From the IMG/VR virus record IMGVR_UViG_2061766007_000330: 64,000 nt of DNA. The stretch is one strand, 5' to 3'. Under the pieces are notes generated by a model. The model saw only the letters and a list, made by a program, of their open reading frames with translations, had not been told where the DNA came from and made no database searches. The position numbers were made by a program, and so were the translations under genes. Within the stretch, counting starts at the first letter, position 1. The number at the start of each line of letters is the position of its first letter. Origin of the DNA: a virus. Lineage: Duplodnaviria > Caudoviricetes. Positions 58,792 to 64,000 of the stretch are shown here, piece after piece.

Positions 58792-59673
58792 ATGTCAGAC
58801 ACTATTTTTAGAACTACAGGAACTGTAACCACCTTATTGGGTATTTACAATCAGTTCCATACGGCTGTCGGTCTTCAGTATACGTTGTATCCACAGACGA
58901 CGTTGGATGCCAAATACGGATTACACGAAAACGCCATCAATAGCCCTGGATCATTACCGATGTTGCGTTATGCCGGTATTGGTGTTCGTGGTTATCAGAA
59001 CACAGACAACCAGCAAGGCGCACAGCCTTATATGCCTGCGGCAACTAATATGGATTTGTATACGCCGATTCCTTTCCGTGTTCGTCCGATTGACAACGAC
59101 CTGACCATGACTGAACGAGTAAATTATCGGTTCCGTGAAGTCCGTGAGATCGGCGGTCAAGAGTATGCGCTTTATTGGCTGAAGCTTATCGAATTCAATC
59201 CAAAAACCGTGAACTTTATTCGTAAAGACGCTGAAGATATCGAGTCTCCGTTTACGCTAGATCCGTCGTATCTGTCACCAGAGCCTCCAGATATGGATGT
59301 CGGTGGTACGGCAGAAACCAACCAGAACCGTGTGATTGTTCGTGCTACAGGTCACGTCATTGTGACCGGTGCTGAAATTGCAGAGGTCTCTACCTACTAC
59401 AGAGACAAGAACGGTAACTCTTACGGTACACGTATTTCCGAGTATGGTTTCTATACAGGATGTGAATATTGGGTGGATGAGACCGGTAAGCTGATTGGCG
59501 ATTGCTTGACTACGGACAAACCTGCCATTTACGAAGGACGTGAAGGCGTCAAGGAATCCGTGTATGTTCAACTGGCAAAGCATCAGTGCACGCTCGGCGA
59601 TGATTTGTCTGAAGAACACTCGTCCGTGAATGTCGAAGTGAATTTCGAAGCATCGAACTTCTTGGCCATTTAA
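58792..59673 (+). CDS. virion structural protein, phiKZ gp127-like
   Basis: TTL..KYG, Y.GIG..G, LY.PIPF.VR...NDL...ER..YR, ISE.G.YTG. Confidence 0.65.
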   Translation: MSDTIFRTTGTVTTLLGIYNQFHTAVGLQYTLYPQTTLDAKYGLHENAINSPGSLPMLRYAGIGVRGYQNTDNQQGAQPYMPAATNMDLYTPIPFRVRPIDNDLTMTERVNYRFREVREIGGQEYALYWLKLIEFNPKTVNFIRKDAEDIESPFTLDPSYLSPEPPDMDVGGTAETNQNRVIVRATGHVIVTGAEIAEVSTYYRDKNGNSYGTRISEYGFYTGCEYWVDETGKLIGDCLTTDKPAIYEGREGVKESVYVQLAKHQCTLGDDLSEEHSSVNVEVNFEASNFLAI

Positions 59674-59739
59674 AGAAAAAAAGAAGATCCGCGAGACAGG
59701 TAGCGAGCCTGCTTCTGGTCTTCTTTTTCGGGCTGGCCC

Positions 59740-60036
59740 TCATTCCAAGTTGTCACCTGGAAAGACGACCCCGAGTCCCCTCAGAAACGCCTGATCCATG
59801 ATCAGGTTTAAGAGGGCGACTCGGTGACGGTTCCAGTCTACCAAGTAGACTGACCCCGTACGGGTCGTGAGGAACAGACCCTCGGTGCCCAACGTCGCGG
59901 ATACAACGTCAGTCGAGTTACCGACGCTGTGCTCCGTGGGTTGGGAACCATCACCATAAAACTTAATTTGGTGGTGGTGCTCTGTTAAGAGCCACCATTG
60001 GGTCCTCATGTCCTTTATGGCCATGATTCCTCCCAT
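59740..60036 (-). CDS. small hypothetical protein (GC-richer than its surroundings)
   Basis: 98 aa; GGAGG precedes the second Met; downstream of the TATATTCC cassette. Confidence 0.55.
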   Translation of the reverse strand: MGGIMAIKDMRTQWWLLTEHHHQIKFYGDGSQPTEHSVGNSTDVVSATLGTEGLFLTTRTGSVYLVDWNRHRVALLNLIMDQAFLRGLGVVFPGDNLE

Positions 60037-60068
60037 TGGTTGTGGGTTGCGCGTACACTATACATACG

Positions 60069-60128
60069 CTACGTTGGAATATAGTCACAAAAAAAATGCA
60101 TCGACACTCCTGATGGAGTGTCGATGCA
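60069..60128 (-). promoter_or_regulatory. terminator plus early-promoter-like cassette (copy 2)
   Basis: 14-bp stem TGCATCGACACTCC, T8 tract, then TATATTCC on the minus strand. Confidence 0.6.
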
Positions 60129-60293
60129 ATTGATACATTTTGTTTATGTTTGCTAATTCGTCTAGCTAGAAAAAAATGAGGAGAATAGCGCTGTGGATTT
60201 TTACTAGAATATCTCACACCGCCTCTCCTCGCTCGTTTTTACACCCGTTGGTTCCTTACGGATGCAGCGCTCGCTTCTTTTGGGAGACTCGTT

Positions 60294-60518
60294 TTAGGCC
60301 AGTGCGCATAGGCCATTTTCTAGTATCAAACGAGCCGTCTGTTTCCCATCTCCTATAAAGGCCAGGTTGTCGCAATCCAGACACACTATCTGAATCGTAT
60401 CACTGTACGTATCGTCATACGTGCGACGTTTCGGTTCGAGGCAAAACAGACACCACCAAGAACCTACTTGTGCGTACCTAGCATTAATGGAATATATAGG
60501 TTTAAAATTATCATTCAC
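60294..60518 (-). CDS. small zinc-finger-like protein
   Basis: CLFC...CLDC; coupled to the upstream gene. Confidence 0.55.
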   Translation of the reverse strand: MNDNFKPIYSINARYAQVGSWWCLFCLEPKRRTYDDTYSDTIQIVCLDCDNLAFIGDGKQTARLILENGLCALA

Positions 60519-61303
60519 ACCGTTTCTTTCTTGATTGGTTTCGTGCCTTGAAAATTCGAATATTTCATTACGTCGTTGGACGTATCAAGAATTGCAATCT
60601 TTATATTGTTGTTTACATGATAATGTGCATAAATAGTGTAATTCTTTTCTGGGAAATAACGACTTGATCCTTTTAATGTAAGCACACCAATATAATCAGG
60701 ACCTGCTGAATTAAATACGGGTTTTTCACTAGATAACAAATAGTTCTTGTGGGATAAATAGTTAACTGTAGCTTTGTATAAAATTTGTTCGCAAAACCTG
60801 CGTCTATCCTCGTTTGAACTTTCTTCATATTTCTGACGAGCTTCGTTGTAATTATCCGTTAGAAATTCAGATATAGCTACGTGTATACACGTTTCCATAT
60901 ATTGACTTTTCGGAAGAGTTTCATAGGAGATAAGTTTAGCAGGTCCTAACTCTCCACGATCTATCATTTCGTGCATTTGTTTAGAATCACACATACACCG
61001 ATCTAAAAGATTAAGAACACTACCAGGTATTCGTCTGGATCCGTTATAACTTACAGATAATTTTTCGCACGTCAATTGACCACACGGAAGATACAAAATC
61101 ATCTGAGTTGTTTCACTTTTGTGCACGACACTCACGACGTCTGCCAAGTTGTTTATTTTCTGAATAACACCATTTACATCTACAGAAAAGAATCCATACT
61201 TATCCTCAAATTCACAATTGTTGTCCTCTAACATCTTAACGTATTCTGTCACGAATCTGTCTATGAGATCCTTATCCAACAGTTTACCTTTGATTTTAAT
61301 CAT
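60515..61303 (-). CDS. hypothetical protein, tandem paralog A
   Basis: shares MIKI.G, YGF, TQM.LYLPCGQLT and SN.QGT with its neighbour. Confidence 0.75.
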   Translation of the reverse strand: MIKIKGKLLDKDLIDRFVTEYVKMLEDNNCEFEDKYGFFSVDVNGVIQKINNLADVVSVVHKSETTQMILYLPCGQLTCEKLSVSYNGSRRIPGSVLNLLDRCMCDSKQMHEMIDRGELGPAKLISYETLPKSQYMETCIHVAISEFLTDNYNEARQKYEESSNEDRRRFCEQILYKATVNYLSHKNYLLSSEKPVFNSAGPDYIGVLTLKGSSRYFPEKNYTIYAHYHVNNNIKIAILDTSNDVMKYSNFQGTKPIKKETV

Positions 61304-62061
61304 TTTGTAACCTCCTTCATTTCAACGGTTCCTTGCGTATTTGAACGTATAACAATATCATCAGACGCATCATAGATAAATATTTTTACCATCGAACCAG
61401 TAGGAAACGTATGTGACTCAAATTCATGGTTTGGGTTGTCATCTGACACTAAGTTGCAATACAGTACCTTGATATACTCATTTTCAAATTCGAGCCTACA
61501 GTTTTTTATTGTGTAGTTTAATCGTGCTAGAACTCTCGCTGTTATTAGTTTCAACAGTCGTTCTGCTTGTTCACTTGCAACAGAAGTAATCGATTCTATG
61601 GTGTCTTGTTTCGTCACAGATTCGGACCATTTACGCAAGCATGCACGTGCAATATCCATATGGTTTATCACTGCTTCGGTCGTTTTAAGCAAAAATTTAC
61701 AAGTGCCAATTTCGTACATGAGGTCACGTTGCTTATTGTTTAGATTTTCGTATTTTAGATTATTCAAAATTTGAGGAACGACATACGGAACACGTTTGCT
61801 TCCTTCGTATACAACCTTTTGTTCGCGTTCATCATAGGTTAATTGACCGCACGGTAAATACAACATCATCTGAGTAAAAATTTTGTTATCGGTACATGTC
61901 AGGTTTACAAGCTTATGTACTGTTTTTTCTTCGTCTGTCATATAAAATCCATACTCGCCGTCAAACTTTCGATGACTATCTCTTAGCAAGCAATAATATT
62001 CGAAAAGCGGATCAAACACCTGCTTCTGAGGATTGTCTACGCGTCCTTCTATTTTAATCAT
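61300..62061 (-). CDS. hypothetical protein, tandem paralog B
   Basis: same shared motifs as paralog A; GAGGAG RBS. Confidence 0.75.
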   Translation of the reverse strand: MIKIEGRVDNPQKQVFDPLFEYYCLLRDSHRKFDGEYGFYMTDEEKTVHKLVNLTCTDNKIFTQMMLYLPCGQLTYDEREQKVVYEGSKRVPYVVPQILNNLKYENLNNKQRDLMYEIGTCKFLLKTTEAVINHMDIARACLRKWSESVTKQDTIESITSVASEQAERLLKLITARVLARLNYTIKNCRLEFENEYIKVLYCNLVSDDNPNHEFESHTFPTGSMVKIFIYDASDDIVIRSNTQGTVEMKEVTK

Positions 62062-62100
62062 AATCCATTGACTCCTCTTTAATTACGGGTTAAAAAAACA

Positions 62101-62135
62101 ATCACAGAGCAGGCTTATTAGACCTGCTCTGTGAT
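62101..62135 (-). terminator. intrinsic terminator
   Basis: 13-bp stem ATCACAGAGCAGG with a T7 tract on the minus strand. Confidence 0.8.
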
Positions 62136-62143
62136 GTAATATA
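62136..62143 (-). promoter_or_regulatory. TATATTAC early promoter motif abutting the terminator
   Basis: exact motif on the minus strand. Confidence 0.5.
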
Positions 62144-62146
62144 CAG

Positions 62147-63733
62147 TTAAACAAAGATTGAAATAGTCACGTCATCGTGTTTGACAACATGACCGGAAAT
62201 GGTCTTGTTTCCGAATTTCGCACAGAAGCGATTCACCTTGTTCAGTTTGTTCGCCAGTACTTTCAAGAACCACTCGATAGGTGTGTCGGCCTTATGACCT
62301 GTGGTGATGTTGTATACATGCCATCCTTTTGCAGATGTCAAGTCTTCCATCTGGAGTCCAAGAGCTTCTCCGTCCACATACAACATCTTTTCTTTCGAGA
62401 ACTTGATGACAGTTAAATCATTGTAGATTTTCTTCTTTTCCTCAGCGTCCTCAGGCTTTTTAGATTCAACGATGTCGTAATAATACGTCGTGTTGGATGC
62501 CTCGTGTTTGACCAGGGGTTCGATTTCGCGTTCCGATTTTTCAGGATCAAGAATCGTGAAGTCGATAGCACGATCAAGACACGCCCACCAATTCGCCATA
62601 TAGGACGGTTGTGAAATCAGAGGCTTTAGTGAATCGACGTGCTCTCCACCATACGGTGTTGCAGCTTGGACTTGCTCAAGCGTTGGGAACGGCAACGGCA
62701 TCGACCGATTCAACAATGCGGTTGTATACAACGCACGTTTGTCAAACCAATCTCTGACTCGTTCTGCAACGATATCTTTCCAGAGCACGACCGCATCAAA
62801 CGAACATACGCCAAACGACTCAAGAATATGCTTGATGAAGTCTGGATTCCTTGTCGAAATTTCAGTCTTCAATGGCTCAATACAATTCTGAATCGCCAAC
62901 ATAGATGCAGATGAAATCTTGTAAACACGGAACGGACAATATTCAACCAACGCCACGAAGTTCGTATCGCCAAGCATATCTTCAATGTTCGAGATAATTC
63001 TCGAATCATATTTCGGAAAACACTTGACTGCCGCTTCCATGACTTTGACTGGTGTCTTACCGATTAACCACCGTGACACCTGACCCTCTTTGAAATAGTC
63101 TGTCGGAACTTGTCTCGTCTGCCAATTCTCATCCTTGACGATCTCAGGACATATTTTCTGAACAGGAGTTTGTAATTCCACAGTTGATTCCGTTTTTGGA
63201 ATAGGTTTCTCCTTTGGCTGTTCGGGTTCTTTGATTTCCTGAGGCTTCGGTTGAGTCAGTGGCGCGGGATGCGAATACAGCGGCTGCTGTTGCTGAGGAG
63301 CGACTTGTTGTGTCATTCCTGTATTTGCATACGCTGTCATAGGTGCCGGTGGAGGCAACTGCTGTGGTACGGGCTGAGCATACATTGGTTGACCATACAT
63401 CGGCTGTCCATACACTGGCTGACCATACATTGGCTGGCCGTATGCCGGATATCCTTGTTGTGGTATTTGACCATTGCGCTGATAATAGAAATTGTTGTAC
63501 ATAGATAAGACCCTCTCTGAAACGATTTTGTCGATGTATTCTTTGTTCGGTTTGTTGTTGATGGAGTGTGTGATAGCGTCTGCAACAGTGTAGTCGCGAT
63601 GCCGACTTGCCCAAGAGTTAACCATCACACGATATGCTTCCCCGTATTCAGGCCCTCGATATGGTGCCATAAAACGGGAAAACGCTTCGTCAACAGCGTT
63701 GTTCACTTCGTTAGTTAAAGTGATTGACGGCAT
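62147..63733 (-). CDS. hypothetical protein with Q/P/Y/G low-complexity region (position like phiKZ gp122)
   Basis: 528 aa; YGQP(M/V) repeats; follows the RNAP beta-like gene. Confidence 0.6.
   Translation of the reverse strand: MPSITLTNEVNNAVDEAFSRFMAPYRGPEYGEAYRVMVNSWASRHRDYTVADAITHSINNKPNKEYIDKIVSERVLSMYNNFYYQRNGQIPQQGYPAYGQPMYGQPVYGQPMYGQPMYAQPVPQQLPPPAPMTAYANTGMTQQVAPQQQQPLYSHPAPLTQPKPQEIKEPEQPKEKPIPKTESTVELQTPVQKICPEIVKDENWQTRQVPTDYFKEGQVSRWLIGKTPVKVMEAAVKCFPKYDSRIISNIEDMLGDTNFVALVEYCPFRVYKISSASMLAIQNCIEPLKTEISTRNPDFIKHILESFGVCSFDAVVLWKDIVAERVRDWFDKRALYTTALLNRSMPLPFPTLEQVQAATPYGGEHVDSLKPLISQPSYMANWWACLDRAIDFTILDPEKSEREIEPLVKHEASNTTYYYDIVESKKPEDAEEKKKIYNDLTVIKFSKEKMLYVDGEALGLQMEDLTSAKGWHVYNITTGHKADTPIEWFLKVLANKLNKVNRFCAKFGNKTISGHVVKHDDVTISIFV
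63379..63443 (-). repeat. 15-bp coding tandem repeat (YGQPM/V x4)
   Basis: CATACA(T/C)(T/C)GG(T/C)TG units repeated in the DNA. Confidence 0.85.
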
Positions 63734-63761
63734 TGTGGGGATTCTCCTTTAACGGTGTGGC

Positions 63762-64000
63762 TTAATCAAAGACGTGAGCAATCTCTTCAAACCACGTTGG
63801 ACGAATGATGTTGCCATCCGAGTCAATCTCAAGATACGGGTTGATCTCACCACTGACAACCGGAGATGCCGACGGAACCGCATTAACGGATTCGACGACA
63901 AGCTGACTCGGATGAGCTTTGAGTTGGAATTTAGGTATTTTCTTCTTTGACGACTTCTTCTTGCCACCCTTGGACGATGAATCCAAATCGTCATACGATC
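63762..64000 (-). CDS. C-terminus of a probable split RNA polymerase beta subunit (phiKZ gp123-like), truncated by the window edge
   Basis: frame is open to the window end; AHPSQ...P...GEINPYLEIDSDGNI resembles beta VHPTH...TPEG..GLINSLSVYAQTNEYGFL. Confidence 0.5.
   Translation of the reverse strand, partial: SYDDLDSSSKGGKKKSSKKKIPKFQLKAHPSQLVVESVNAVPSASPVVSGEINPYLEIDSDGNIIRPTWFEEIAHVFD

Noticed and set aside
63749-63994. 81-aa Arg-rich ORF
   Set aside because: It is an alternative frame of the truncated RNAP-beta-like gene
1-64000. CRISPR array, tRNA or rRNA genes, integrase or transposase
   Set aside because: None was recognisable by eye; repeats are coding or terminator hairpins. A tRNAscan/Infernal run would be needed to exclude them fully

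Overview
This 64 kb window is a gene-dense fragment of a phiKZ-like (Chimalliviridae-type) jumbo phage genome that uses the standard genetic code. All product calls come from motifs and recalled family features, not database searches. Core morphogenesis genes include the tail sheath (49273-51921), tail tube (51935-52957), portal (53019-56399), gp175-type prohead protease (36710-37501), phiKZ gp26/27/28- and gp127/128-like structural genes, probable split RNA polymerase subunits (40929-41618 and the truncated 63762-64000), and several head proteins with S/A/G-X-E processing sites. The most unusual part is 3.9-23.8 kb. There, five paralogous glycosyltransferases (four of them two-domain) alternate with fibre/adhesin genes on one strand, and a glucuronokinase-like GHMP kinase lies nearby; together these suggest a virion or fibre glycosylation system. 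Other notable items are an active plus degenerate ClpP pair, an inverted-repeat-flanked cassette of two lipoproteins and a PLA2-like gene, head proteins with a transmembrane helix unmasked by processing (one split by a -1 frameshift), repeated PPDF motifs in the portal, and recurrent promoter and terminator motifs. I saw no tRNA, rRNA, CRISPR array, integrase or reverse transcriptase.
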